Shown: positions 37,863-50,952 of the stretch, in pieces
How positions within the stretch are numbered: the first letter of the stretch is position 1
How the letters are laid out: every line of letters starts with the position of its first letter
Assembly: GCA_026770705.1 (NCBI GenBank)
Contig: JANJGN010000001.1
Span: 122,264,001-122,328,000, forward strand
Source of the DNA: Isurus oxyrinchus
Lineage: Eukaryota
DNA: 64,000 nt
Direction: 5' to 3'
Translations under genes and position numbers: made by a program
Notes under the pieces: model-generated
The model's input: the letters and a program-made list of their open reading frames with translations, nothing else
Database searches by the model: none
What the model was told of the DNA's origin: nothing

Positions 37863-38144
37863 AATTGTTTTACATTTGTTACCTTTGAATTCAACGATCA
37901 CGTTAATAGTTTATTTTCTAAGTTAACATTCTAGTAGTTTTCACCAAATACAGATATCAATATACAAGCAATGATACCAGATCTACACAATGTAAACACA
38001 TTGATTTACTTTAAAAAAAAACAAGATTTGTAGGAGTTAGAAACACTAAATGCATTGAAAGAAAACTAACAACAAATGGAAAGTCAGAATGTGCCCTGAA
38101 ATGTCAACTGCATTCTAAAACAGAACAATAAGTTTAATACTTAC

Positions 38145-38229
38145 ATTTCTACCTGATCCTTGGTGGAAGGAGATTCTATAATTTCAGGAGATTGAGATCC
38201 TTCTGCTTTCTTACCACCTTGCTTTTCTT
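38145..38229 (-). CDS. KIAA0232: KIAA0232 coding exon, 85 nt, EEKQGGKKAEGSQSPEIIESPSTKDQVEM
   Basis: Polypyrimidine tract plus cag acceptor, donor GTAAGT, phase 1/2. KDQVEM joins in frame to YYEAFPPL of the next exon. Confidence 0.93.
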
Positions 38230-41200
38230 CTGAAATTTGGGAAGAAGAAAGAGAAAAATAAATTCAAGTTACTCTTATATAGATGATTGCTATTTTCCTC
38301 ATTATGTTTCCAGCATTAAAGGGAAATATGCGAGATAGTTCAGTAGAAAGAAATAGGAGCACATGGTGAAAACCTGAAACTTTGATTAATACATAGAACA
38401 ACTTTGAGAACCTTATCGCATCTTCTTGACTGCTTCTAAATTCACTCCAACTTATATTATAAGATGGATTCTGAACTCAAGCATTGTAAATAAATGGATA
38501 AAGCCAAACACACAAGTGAAAATAGTGTGCATTGTGTCTAGTCAAGTCTTAAATGCCATTATTACACCAGGGCTCGTAAGTTTTTTTTGAAAAATAGCTA
38601 TTGGAAACTTCTTCAAACTTTTGACAATTGTGCCTGGTGCCACACAGGAACACCAAAGCTGTATACAATGATTCCACTGCTTCATGTTCTCTTAGCATAC
38701 AATGTTTCAGAAGCTACAGTAAAATAAGTACTTAAATAAACATATTTTAACTAACATTTGTATTAAACATTTATGATGAAATGGTTATATATTGTAATTG
38801 AATTATGTTCTTTTTTTGAACTATCCAAGTTCTAGAGAAGAGTGATAACAGTAAAATGAAATATGCCCAAACAGCAGTGCATCAAAACTATATCTGGGGA
38901 AAACTAAAAAAAAAAAAATCCTCAAGGACAGGACAGAGAAAGGGCTCAAAGAACTGTCATATTTAAGCAATTTGACATTTATTTTAGTGATTTCACTAAA
39001 GTCAATGATTTTTTTTTGGCATTTCTATTTAATTTAAATTTCAAAATGCAAAAATTGGTGCAAACACAAAATACTCAGCATGGGCCAATGGCCAGCCAAA
39101 ATCTGGCAATGAATGCCTAAGTCAGATGCACACCATAAATGTGGCAAGTGAGCAAAGCAGTGAGGGCGTATCGATGAGAAAATTGGTGTAGGCATTAGAC
39201 AACGAGGGGTGACATCGCCTGTGAGCCGTTTCTGTCAAGCCATTGATGTCATCAACAATATGAACCTGTTGACAAGTGAACAGAGGTTCTGGAAGATGTC
39301 GCCAAGAGGGGCTATGATTCCTTATCCACTGGTGGAATCCATGAGGTTAGTGGCGGGGGTAGTTAATGGGATGCGAAGAAGGCTGGCAAGATTAGCAACC
39401 AGTGGTGGCACTGTGTTGGAAGGTTGGAGAGACAGTAGGGTGATTATACCCAAATCAACTTAATAAACATGGGAAAGACAGCAGTGCTCATTCCACAACA
39501 TGCATGTGTAAAAAATAAATATTAGAATGAATTGATGATTTTAGGACATAGGGATTTTAATTTACAAAGAGACTCCAAGAACTACACTAATTCTTCTTGT
39601 TTAAAAGACTGGAGGCTGGAGGATCCACAGTTAATTTTTGTTATTTAAAATTTATTATGATGGTGCAGATAGATATAAACAGTAATTAATTTAGATCACA
39701 GAACAAGATGATGCTGGTGCAGAATCCAACACTGTTGATTAAAGCTGAATAAAAAATATCTTAACCAAAAAATGTAAATATATACAGGGAGGTATACTGC
39801 TGGAAGCATAAATTGGAATGTAATTGAGGAAAGTTAACTCACAATAGCAAAGTTAGGTAAATTTGGCTTAATTTTGGTTCTGGAATAAATTTCAGGGTAT
39901 TAATTGATGTGTTAGTATTTATTACCTGTGGTTAGCTTCATCCAGCGGGGGATTGAATGGGCTGTGTAAAGATTGTGGGGCTAACTGGACAAGGCACAGA
40001 TGGAAAGGCTTAATGGAGCAAATGGCTTGGATTTGTTTCAGACTTCCCTATCCTTCTATTGCTCTGAGTTTTCCCATGTAAAATAAATAATCATTTTAGT
40101 TTTGTATTTCAGACTATCTGGTTCTAAACATTACAGTATGTGAGTTTAAGTAATAGAAAAACACCACAATCACCCAGAAAAAAAAATTCCACATTGCATG
40201 ATTTTTTTTTTTCAAATCCTGCCTTCTGGTAGACAGTTGTCCAAAATTGAGAATCTCTCAGTGTCAGGATTGTGTACTGAACCCATGCTCCATCACCTTT
40301 GATGCTATGTATTCACAACATGACAATGAAGCTCAATGAGCATCATAACACTACTAAAATTACCACTTATCTGCATTATTATGTCACAAAGAGACATTTT
40401 GGAATAATTAGATGCACTTCCTATAATTTAACTGCAGTTTCTTAAAGCAATGTTACAAATTCAGGTTCCAAGGAGTCAGATGTTCTCACAAGTAGATCCC
40501 CACATTTCTTATGTGTCTGGCTTGAGTCACCCATGTTTCCTCAAAGGTGTAGGGCTGCATTGCAACCCAAAAGTTTCTGCACATGTCAGGCACAAGTCAG
40601 ACCTTTAAAATTGCTGGGCAAAAAATTTTATAATGGCCTGCACACTTAAATAAATCACCTGTGCACTAACAATTTATAGGGTACACTGCTTACCACTGCC
40701 TGATATCTAATCATGCAATCATGTGACCCAGGGGATATTAACAAAGGTAACTCCCTTGACATACAAAACTGGATACTGTCTCTTTTGCATGTACCTTCAT
40801 ATATACACCAGTCTTTCAGCAGGCAAATTGTTTACATTTCAATGAGATGAGACCACATTCAAACGTTAAGCACTGTTATTTCTCAGACAGCAACTTAACA
40901 CATAGATAGGCCACAGTTAATCAAACTCATTTAGTTCAAACAGTACAAGTTGCCTTTCTGAACCAATATAAAATAATGCATATTATGCTTCCCTATATTA
41001 GTGGGTCACTTTGCTTGACCAGAACACAAAAAAATATTGTCTTGCTACTTACCTTTCAGGCTCTAGCCAAAGCCTGACCTAGCAGCTGTCAAAAATCCTG
41101 ACCAGTCGTGTTTGCTTTTATGACAACTTAATCAGTGTTCACAACCAGCAGGGAGGGCCTTGTTACAGCTAACCCCAGCCAAGTATTTACACCCAGGGAT

Positions 41201-41519
41201 TTCCCAACACAATGGATGAGGCATTTATCAATTACTGAGGCAGGGTGACAAATTGTAATCAAAAATGCTGGAAACACCCAGCAGAACTGGCAGTTTAGGC
41301 TAACAAATTGTTTACTTTATTTCAATCTTTTTGACTGAACCGTATCTGCCTATCAGCCGAGCCTATACAAATTATAGCTTTCACCAATTTTCATCAAAAT
41401 CAACCAGCAGATTATAACATAGAAAAGTGTAAAGAAAACCATAGACTCCTTTTTTTGAGAATCAGCTGCATTTATCTTACAATATTAAACTGATACTTCA
41501 GCGTCATATTGAAACAAAA

Positions 41520-41850
41520 TTCAGGGTAGATAACGAGCAGTCTAGAACTAGGGGTTATGGTCTCAGAATAAGGTGTCAGTTATTCTGGACTGAGATGAGG
41601 ATAAATTTCTTCACTCAAAGGGTTGCGAATCCTTGGAATTCTCTAAACCAGAGGGCTGTAAATGTTTTAGTCATCGAGTATGTTCAAGAGAGAGATCAAT
41701 AGATCTTTGGATGTTTAGGGAATCAAAGGATATGAGGGTCGAATAGAGTTGAGGTACTATATAGCATTAGTCAAGATCTTACTGAATGCCTGGGCAGGCT
41801 CCAAAATACTGAATGATCTATCCCTGCTCCTATTTTTTAAAATTATGTTC
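41520..41850 (+). mobile_element. CR1 LINE 3' fragment
   Basis: aatttcttcactcaaagggttgcgaat...ggaattctct motif and 3' tail. Confidence 0.75.
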
Positions 41851-42578
41851 TTAAGTCTTTGGGGAAACAATTTCAATGCTTATTTCGTTATCATCTTAAC
41901 CATCTTTTGTTTCAGTGCTTTCTAAAAATTTGTGCAAATGTATGTTGCTTCAAAAACATGACAAGGAGGAAGCGTATGCCACTGAACTATCACATTCTTT
42001 ATCATACCATGGGCAGTATTTTTCAGCCCATCCATCGAATTAAAAACAAACTGGTTGATTTTGATGTAGCTGATTTAATTTGGAGAGAAGCATCTTCTAA
42101 CAAACTCATTAGGCTCCACAGACAGCCAACTAAACACTGGAAATAATTCCATAGGATCATGAGCATGTCTTGCCTATAAATCTGAACAGCAATAATGCTG
42201 AAGCACATTTAACAAAACACAAATTTAATCAATAAGAAAATATTTAATTGTTTTATGTAATATATAAAGTTAGTATTTAAATTTTTTCTTGAGTGTCAAG
42301 TTAATATTTTGAGTACAGCCAAACAGGCTCAAAAAATGCCATTTTTTCCTTTTCTTGTCAATACATGCACTTTTGAACCTAACTAAGGGAAAAGACCCTT
42401 GTTGTTAGTTTTACAGTATACGCTACAGGTTTCTTAGTAGTATTCTGGAACTCTGCCAAAAGGTTTGTCATGTGACGTTTTAGATTCAGACCTTTGTTGC
42501 CTACTCCTTCTTGTAGTTATCTAACAGCTGCAGCAGCGAGTACTCAAAAACACACTATCAAATTTGAAATAAACATAC

Positions 42579-42648
42579 CTTTTTGCTTATTCTGCAATTC
42601 TTTCAATTTGGAACAAAGCTCCTCAACCAAGGTCTCAATTCCAGAACT
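42579..42648 (-). CDS. KIAA0232: KIAA0232 coding exon, 70 nt, SSGIETLVEELCSKLKELQNKQK
   Basis: Hand translation. Acceptor ttttcttttag, donor GTATGT, phase 0/1. Matches remembered human SSGIETLVEELCSRLKDLQSKQ. Not in the ORF track. Confidence 0.95.
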
Positions 42649-42859
42649 CTAAAAGAAAACAAAAAATACAACGATCAAAACCTACTTTAATATTTGAAAC
42701 AATTCTTAGATTTATGGAGAACAGCTACTGAGGTAACATGCCAGATGATTTTGGTCACATAAAATTCCTGTTCTATTTAGCTTGAATTGTTTGTGGGCAA
42801 AAGGAATATAGATCAAAGCAGTATCCTGGATCAAAATGTTCTGTGAACGAGCACCCCAA

Positions 42860-43000
42860 AATCACACTACATGGTTATTCATCTCAATGCTGTCAGTAGA
42901 ATCTCACTATGTGTAAAATGATTGTACAAATAGTGATTGCATTTCAAATACTGGTTGTGACATTTTCCAGAATGGTAATAAGGTACTATATAAACATTCT
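42860..43000 (+). mobile_element. Decayed Deu-domain-like SINE 3' part
   Basis: Resembles 55350-55562; L2-type tail aaggtactatataaa. Confidence 0.4.
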
Positions 43001-43104
43001 TGAAATGTAACCCCACAGCAATCAGCACAAGATACATTTCATTAATCCTTTTAGTGGTGGCTTTACCTAATGCTTAGTATTCAAATTAAGAATTCAGAAT
43101 CCGA

Positions 43105-43580
43105 TGGAGCCAACAGAGAGATTGCATTTTTCTATCTGTCCAGTCAGTTCTATTCACTCGCTCTATCCCTGTAGCTCTGCAAGTTTATTTCTCTCAAGTC
43201 CTTGTGAAATCATTCATTATGTCCATTTCCACCATTAGCACTCACTGCATAAAAAAATTCTTCCTCACATTCCTTTGTATCTCTTGCCCAAAACCATAAA
43301 TCTGTGACCTAGTCCTTGTAGCATCAACTAATATGAACAGCCTTTGTCGACCTTATCCAAAGCAGTAATAAACTTATACACCGCCATCAAATCTCCCCTC
43401 GATCTCCTTTACTCTGAGAACAACCCCAGCTTCTCCAACCTAGCCTTGTAACTAAATTCTCTCAATGTTGGAATCATTCTGGTAAATTTCCTCTACACAC
43501 TCTGAAGGATCTTCGCATCCTTCCTGAAGTGTGGAGACCAGAACAAGACACAATACTCTAGTGATGGCCTAACCAGAGCT
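43105..43580 (-). mobile_element. CR1 LINE 3' fragment
   Basis: Similar to 886-1203 and 45912-46410. Confidence 0.7.
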
Positions 43581-45039
43581 TTGCATATTCTCTCTCTTTG
43601 GCAGCGGATCTCTCTTTTGGAAATTAAAAGAAGAGACACCGTCTGTGCTACAAGTCCAGGGTTTTTGGGTTGGGTGTTTGGTTGGGGGGAGGGGGGGGGG
43701 GGGGGTTGCTAGATCTGAGTGTCAATCGTGCACAAGTGTTTTTGAACCCATCACATCGAGCTGAACAACATCAAGTGCTACCAAGCCACACACTCCTTTG
43801 CCAGAGCACTCACTACTCCAGGATGATCCTGGAAGACAATAACCACAGGTTTGTCAGAGTATTCAGTGGCATTTGCTGTATGCCAGAGTCCTCTATATCC
43901 AGTGACTTTGTCCTTTTTGCCAGAAATCAACTTCGCACTTGATGCATGAAATCCAGGATCATCTGGTGGAAGCCCTACCAGGAGGCTCAGAGCTGTGAAA
44001 GAATATTGTTTGGGCACATGTGTTAAAAGCCACAACCATAACCTATGACAGAGAACTTTGTTGTCCTGAAGAGTGAAAAGTGCTCCTAAGGAATCTTACT
44101 GATAACAGGGCAAGGTAGCACTTTACAAGTATAATCAAAATTTCTGTAAGCTAAACAACACACAAACTTAAAGCATTTTATTACAAAATAATTTATTTTG
44201 TTCATTTCTCAGGGGAGAAATGCCATCATATTTGTTGAATCCAGCATTTTTACATATGGCAAAGTGAAATTATGAATGTCAACCATAGCCGACTTCTATA
44301 ATTGATGCATATTATAGATTTATGCCCTCATATTTTGTACACTTATTGAACTTACAAATACGCAAAGCACATAATTATAGTTCCTACAAAACCTTAATTA
44401 CTTGACTGAACACTTAAGCATTTTGTAATATGATGTCAACACAATAGGCAGAGATCACCCAAAACAGAGACATTAAACCGGTATTTCAAACAGAGTGGCA
44501 AAAGAATAATTAATAGAACTAAGTATCCTCCATCTAATTGAAAGACACGTGCAAGAGACAATTAGACACAACATGCCAATTACTTGTGCAGCTGTTCAAA
44601 TACCTAAGGTTTTCAGCAATCTGAAATTCCAAGAATCCTATATAAAAGGGAAAATGTTACATGGAGTTATGGAATTACCTTTAACACTAAGTTATAAAAA
44701 TTAGCATTATAAAGGGTTTCATTTTAACTGGCAGACCAAACATTCAATTTCAGTACCCTCTGTAAGCATATATCCATCTACAGAATTTCTTTTGTACCCA
44801 TTCAACACATGCATGTCAAAAATACCATCAAATACTGCCCTTGTTTCTATTTTTACCGGCTGAGCTAATTGAAAAACATCTACACAACCTTACTGTGAAT
44901 ATCTGTACCATGCTTAGTTTGAAGGCCTTTGACTTCAAGTCGCCCAGAAACCTGTCAACATCATTTCAAATGATTGCATTATGTACCCATTTACAACAGA
45001 ATAATGAAGCTTGGAGAAGCTGACAGACTATAATCAATG

Positions 45040-45135
45040 AGAGAAAGGTGGAGGGAGGTGGGGGGGAGAGGGAGGGGGAGAGAGAGAGAGATAGATAGAG
45101 AGAGAGAAAAAGAGAGAAAAAGAAAGAGAGAAAAA
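45040..45135. repeat. GA-rich polypurine microsatellite
   Basis: gggagaggg...(ga)n tract read directly. Confidence 0.9.
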
Positions 45136-45911
45136 TAAAATTCCAACACCTTACCATCCTGCTTTAGCAGGTAAAAGTTTGGGTGTTCTACGCTCTGCAT
45201 TTCCTCTTACATCACAGGATCACTATCAGCTGACAAGCTGCATACTGAGTCACAGCAATCCAGTGCAGCCAGTTGTATCAAAAATAGATCACGGAACAGA
45301 ATGCCAAGTCTCAAAGGACCAGTTATTCCACTTCTCGATAGCAATGGATGAAGGCATACTGCTTACTCAGATGTTAAAACATTTCTAACCCTCAGCATCT
45401 ACTGCTGTGTTGAATTGTTGATACATTTGATTAAAACATTTTGCAGAGTCATAATCAACTGCTTTAGTAATTGTTTTTGCTGCTACAGCCACCTCCTTTC
45501 ACAACATACCTACATTATTGGCAGATCACTGGCTTTGAACTTCAAACAGACTACTTTCTGCACCATATCTCTTCCAAGAGAACATTCAGGTCCAGTTCCA
45601 CGAAGTTTGCTGCTCATGTATTTTACATGCTGCTTCTTTCAGTGGAAGTTTTTATATCCTACTGCAACAGGTCTTGGCCTCTCCACTAGATATTAACTGA
45701 CCCCTTTCTTTTTGTGTCTATCCACCGCCACATATTCCAGTTCTACACCTTCCAAGCATATCCAAGGCATTGCAGAGTGCTTTTATACAGCCTCTGAATA
45801 TTAAAATTAGCTAACCTCAATTTATGGTGGGATCACAGCCTGGAGAAACAAAGTCCTACTTCAAGTCAGTTACTTGGTAGAATGCCGCTGATATCGAACT
45901 CCAATCATAAA

Positions 45912-46410
45912 ACAGAATCATAGAAAGTCTACCATACACACAGGCCCCTCGTGTCTGTGCCACCTGAGAAACGAGCCACCCAGCCTAATCCCACTTTCCA
46001 GCATTTGGTCCGGAGCCCCCTGTAGTTGCAGCACTTCAGGTTCATATCCAGTCACCTTTGAAATGAATTGAGGGTTTCTGCCTCTGCTGCCCTTTTAGGC
46101 AGTTTCAAATCCCCACAACCCTCCTGGTGGAATTTTTTTTTCCTCATCTCCCCTCCAATCTTTCTAACAATCACTTTCCATCTATGCCCCCAATCACTGA
46201 CTAATCTATTCAGGCCCCTCACATTTTGTACATCGCAATCAAATCTCCTTTCAGTCTCCTCTGTTCCAAGGAGAACAACCCAAACCTATCCGATCTTTTC
46301 TCATAGCTACAATTTTCCAGTCCTGGCAACATTCTCATAAATCTCCTCGGCACTCTCTCTTATGAAACTACATTCTTTCTATAATGAGGTGACCAGAAAT
46401 GCGCACACTA
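45912..46410 (-). mobile_element. CR1 LINE 3' fragment
   Basis: aatcatagaa tail and CR1-type 3' sequence. Confidence 0.7.
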
Positions 46411-46944
46411 CATCTTATGATTCATTTTATTTTGTATTCTCAATTTATAAAGTGTTGTGGGATAAGTTAAATATAGAGGTAAAAGAACATCTCTAAAATA
46501 AGGGACACTCGTTTATGGGTTTAACATAATAATGGATTGAATTGTAGGATTTAATCCCAAAAGAGGCAGCAAAAAAAAAAAAATCCCATTTAAAATGAAA
46601 TTTGACTATTCCCGACAGAGCACGTGTCTTCATTATGATAAAATAGACTACCCCCTGACTTACAGTGAGCAACACCAAGGAGATCTGTTAATTATATATT
46701 AAAAGTTTTGTATATGCCACACACTTCATTTCCACATTAACCTACTTCTTCTTGTGCCAAAATTTGCATCAATTTGTTCCTTTTGTCTGCTCTAGCTTCA
46801 GCAGAAAGCAATACAATCTCCAGAAAAAGAAAACATTTACACTGTTTTTCCAGGGTTTACACAACTTTTCCAAAGTTACATATTTACACCCTAAATAGTA
46901 GCCACAGCTTTCCTGCTGGCATATTTTTAAAAATCAGAACGCTA

Positions 46945-47903
46945 ACAGCACAGGAGGCGGCCATTTGGCCCATCACATCCAAGCCAGATCCCTGCCTTTT
47001 TTTTTAAAGTTCGTTCGTGGGATGTGGCCATCACTGACAAGGCCAGCATTTATTGCCCATCCCTAGTTGGCAATTTTAAGAGTCAAGCACATTGCTGTAG
47101 GTCTGGAGTTACATGTAGGCCAGGTGAGGATGGCAGATTTCCTTCCCGAAAAGATTTTTTTAAACGACAATCAGCATTGGTTTCATAGTCATCATTAGAC
47201 GTTTAATTCCAGACATGTATTGAATTCAAATTCCATGGTGTTGGTGATGGGATTCAAACCCACAGCATTACCCGGGGTCTCTGGATTACTAGTCAAGTGA
47301 CAATACCATTACGCCACCATCTCCCCCTAGCTGCTCAGCTAGTCTCACTCCCCTCCTTTTCCCCATGACCCTGCAATTTTCTCTCTACAGATAATAATCC
47401 AAATCCCCTTTGAAAGCCACAATTGATTCTTCCTCCACCACACGCTCAGTCAGTAGATCCTGACCACTTCACTGTGTAGAAAAGGTTTTCCTCATGCCAC
47501 CATTGGTTCTTTTGCCAATCACCTTAGTTTCCTTTCCCTAACTACTGTGTCCAGATGGCTCATGATCTTGAACACTTTGATTAAATCTCTTCTCCACCTT
47601 CTCTCCCTAAGGAGAACAGCCCAGCTTCACCAAATTATTCTCTTAACCGATATCTCTCATTCCTGGAACTACTCTCGTAAATCTTTTCCCTAAAGCCTTC
47701 ACATCCTTCCTAAAGTCTGGTGCCCTGAATTGGGCCGAACTAGTTCTTTATAAAGGTTTATCATAACTTCCTTGCTCTGGTACTTTATGCCTTTATTTGT
47801 AAAGTCCAGGATCCGGTGTGCTGTATTAACTGCTTCTGTCAATCTGCCCTGCCACCTTCAACAATTTGTGCACGTATACACCCAGGTCCCTCTGCTCCTG
47901 CAC
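46945..47903 (-). mobile_element. CR1 LINE 3' fragment with a nested tRNA-derived SINE (about 47005-47328)
   Basis: LINE similar to the reverse complement of 2812-3378. The SINE has a B-box-like gggattcaaaccc and shares its tail with LINE family B. Confidence 0.7.
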
Positions 47904-47904
47904 C

Positions 47905-48857
47905 ATATAGATGGGTATATATACCTCAACATGGCTACTTAAAATTTTAAGAACTGGACAAAGGCTTTAAAAAGGCTGAAGCTATGTCTGCCTGTAACCC
48001 TGAACAAAAGGAATTTTCTGGCAAATTCCGAAAAGTGGACATTTCGTTATCTCTGAAGAGACGCTAATGACACCTGTGGCTGCAAGTTCAAAGGGAATTA
48101 TAAAAGGCTATCTACATTTTCTAAGTGAGGCCTGGCAAATGGAGGCTACCAATCTACTTTGAAATTCTTAATGGTTGGGACATTAACAATCTCAAGAATC
48201 CAGACAAAGCCAAAGTGGACAGGTGGGAGTCATGTGACATGACCTCCTAGCTGAAGAAACCTGCAACAATGTCTTGCTGTAGTGCTAATCAGTCTGCCAT
48301 CTTCCATCTAACAAGCAGCAGCTCATACAAAGGGCTTGGACCAGGTCTGAATGTCTGATCCCCATCTACCCTGTTTCTACTGGAACTTCTACACTTCTGT
48401 ACCAGTGCCTACAAGACTTATTCATCTCTGCATGCCTATCTCATCGTGGAAGTCATCTCTACTAGAAAAGTGAATTATGCAACATCAGTCTTCAGCCTTC
48501 CGACCTCTGTGAAGGAATACTCCATTGGACTTTGATTCTGGACTCACTTGAAACAATAATTCTTTGCTCTGTGGTCTTTGTCCTGTAAATCTTTTTCTCT
48601 ATCCTTCTTTTATTTTATGAATGCACTAGGGACTACGTAACAACAACCCCTCCCATGTTTTGAGTGTGTGTAAATAAACTAACCCTCTGAGTTTACCCTA
48701 TCTCAAGTTTGCTGTGGGTCACTCCAAAACTGAGGGATTGGGAAGTATGCCACCGCTTATCAAGAGGGAAATCAAAATCAAAACCCTTCTGTTTACGGAC
48801 GAGTCGTGATAGGAGAAATCAGGGTTGTTTAAATTAAATCCCCTCCTGCCAATAACA
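47905..48857 (+). mobile_element. Probable solo LTR
   Basis: About 0.9 kb ending in TAACA, with AATAAA near 48672. Abuts the end of the preceding LINE fragment. TSD not resolved. Confidence 0.4.
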
Positions 48858-50079
48858 CCCTTCACAGCATTAAGTATCATCTGCCATGCAGCATTTTGCT
48901 TTTCTACGTTCAACTTGTACTATCAACCTGACACCTGTCATAAGCACCCTTTTTCTGCTTTATCTTACTCTCTATCTGTCATCATCCAAGGAGTGCTGGT
49001 TTTGTTGCTCCTATCTTTCCCCTCATGGGAATGTACCTCAACTGTATCAAAATTATCTCTTTAAAAGGCAGCACATTGCTCATTCAGTTTTGTCTGCCTT
49101 TATCTTTGATTCCAATTTACCTGCACCAGATCCGAACTCACCCTATTGAACCTGGCTCTCTCCAGATTAATTACTTTTCTCTGAATCATTCTTTGTCCTT
49201 TTCCACAGCTAACCTAAACTTTAGGATATTATGATCACTGTCTTTAGATGTTCCCTCCTTGTTTTAAACTGACATGCTCAGAGATAACATTCACTCATCC
49301 AAATAAAAGCCTGCTTTGATGCTGCATTTTAAAATAAATAGAATTATTGCATCAACAAATATATAAAACACGTGGCCATTAACAATCTACTTCACTGGAC
49401 TATGGGGTAAAGTTTAAGTGAAATGAGTACGATAAAATAAGGTATAATACCAAGCCAGAAAAAAAAACTCATCAGATACTGAACTGTGTGAACAACCAGC
49501 AGTGATAACTGATGGTGAGTGCAAGAATCAAAATATTTGCTATCTAGTGCATACACACTAGGTTTACCTTACTTACAAACATAGTGAGTGAACTGAAGAC
49601 AAAACAACTGATCCAACATCAGTACATGGATAACTGAAACAGATAACTTGTTTAGTATGTATTAAAATAATTTTAGGAGGCAAGATATCACAGATTTTAG
49701 TTTGTTTTCTGAACATAATAGATGATTGATAAAACTTACCTCCTTAAGCCAGACATAATTTCAGGGTGTTGGAAAAGTCTGCTGTGTTACACTTTTAAGC
49801 TTCACTGCATGTAGTATTGCCCTTGACCAGAGATAGTACTCGTGCAGCATGACAGATTAGTTTCTCTAGCATGAAGAATGTCAGACGAGGATTAAACAGC
49901 TGCTGCACAGATCAGCTGCCTGTCCACATGAAGTAACTTAAGGCAGCATGTTTCACTGGCTGCTGCTTCTATTGAATCTAGAAGCCCCTAGCTCAATGTT
50001 TTCATGGCAATTTTTCTGAATAAACATACGAATTAATACTGCTTAGGTAACAACGCAAAAATGACACTGATACCATAAC

Positions 50080-50952
50080 AGTGCTGTATTTGGATGTGGA
50101 CTGCTTCAGTATCTGAGCCGCCGCAAACGGTGCTGAATACTGTGCTATCATCAGCGAACATCCCTATTTCTGAGGAGAGGTCATTGATGAAGCAGCTGAA
50201 GATGGTTGAGCCGAGGATACTACCCTGAGCAGCTCCTGCAGTGACGTCCTGGAATTGAGATGATTGACCTCTAACAACCACAATAACTTCCTTTGTGCTA
50301 GGTGCAACTCCAACCAACAGTGTTTTCTCCCCCGATTCCCATTGACTCCAGTTTTGCTAGGGCTCCTTGATGATACACTTGATCAAATGCTGCCTTGATA
50401 TCAAGGGCAGTCATGCTCACCTCACCTCTGGAGTTCAGCTCTTTTGTTCATGTTTGAACCAAGGCTATAATGAGGTCAGGAGCTGAATGATCCTGGCAGA
50501 ACCCAAATTGAGCGTCAGTAGCAAGTTATTTCTAAGCAAATGCCACTTGATTGCACTGCTGACGATCCCTTCTATCACTTTACTGATGATCAAGAGCAGA
50601 GTGATGGGGTGGTAATTGGCCAGGTTGGATTTGTCCTGCTTATTGTGGATGGGATATACCCGGACAATTTCACACAATACCGGGTAGATGCCAGTGTTGT
50701 GGTTGTACTGGAACAGCTTGGCTTGGGGTGCAGCAAGTTCTGGAGCACAGATCCTCAGTATTATTGCCAGAGTATTGTCAGGACCCACAGCCTTTGCAGT
50801 ATCCAGTGCCTTGAGCCATTTCTTGATATCACATGGAGTGAATCAAATTTGCCGAAGACTGGCACTTGTGATGCTGGGGACCTCCAGAGGAGGCTGATGG
50901 ATCATCCACTCGATGCTTCTGGCTGAAGATTGTTGCAAATTCTTCAGCCTTA
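50080..50952 (-). mobile_element. LINE family B internal RT fragment
   Basis: GPDNTLAIILRICAPELA, ANYHPITLL, QGSILG...FADDS. Confidence 0.85.

Noticed and set aside
39040-39480. GC-richer block with an 84-aa ORF, possibly a Harbinger Myb/SANT relic or an exon
   Set aside because: Too degenerate to assign; no TIR/TSD or splice sites that I could fix.
43660-43706. G-tract / potential G-quadruplex
   Set aside because: Simple poly-G run, common in such assemblies and error-prone; no supporting context.
49500-49545. ctgatggtgagtgcaagaatcaaaa resembling the 60131 hammerhead
   Set aside because: Core is disrupted, stems are not supported, and no flanking PLE sequence is recognisable.
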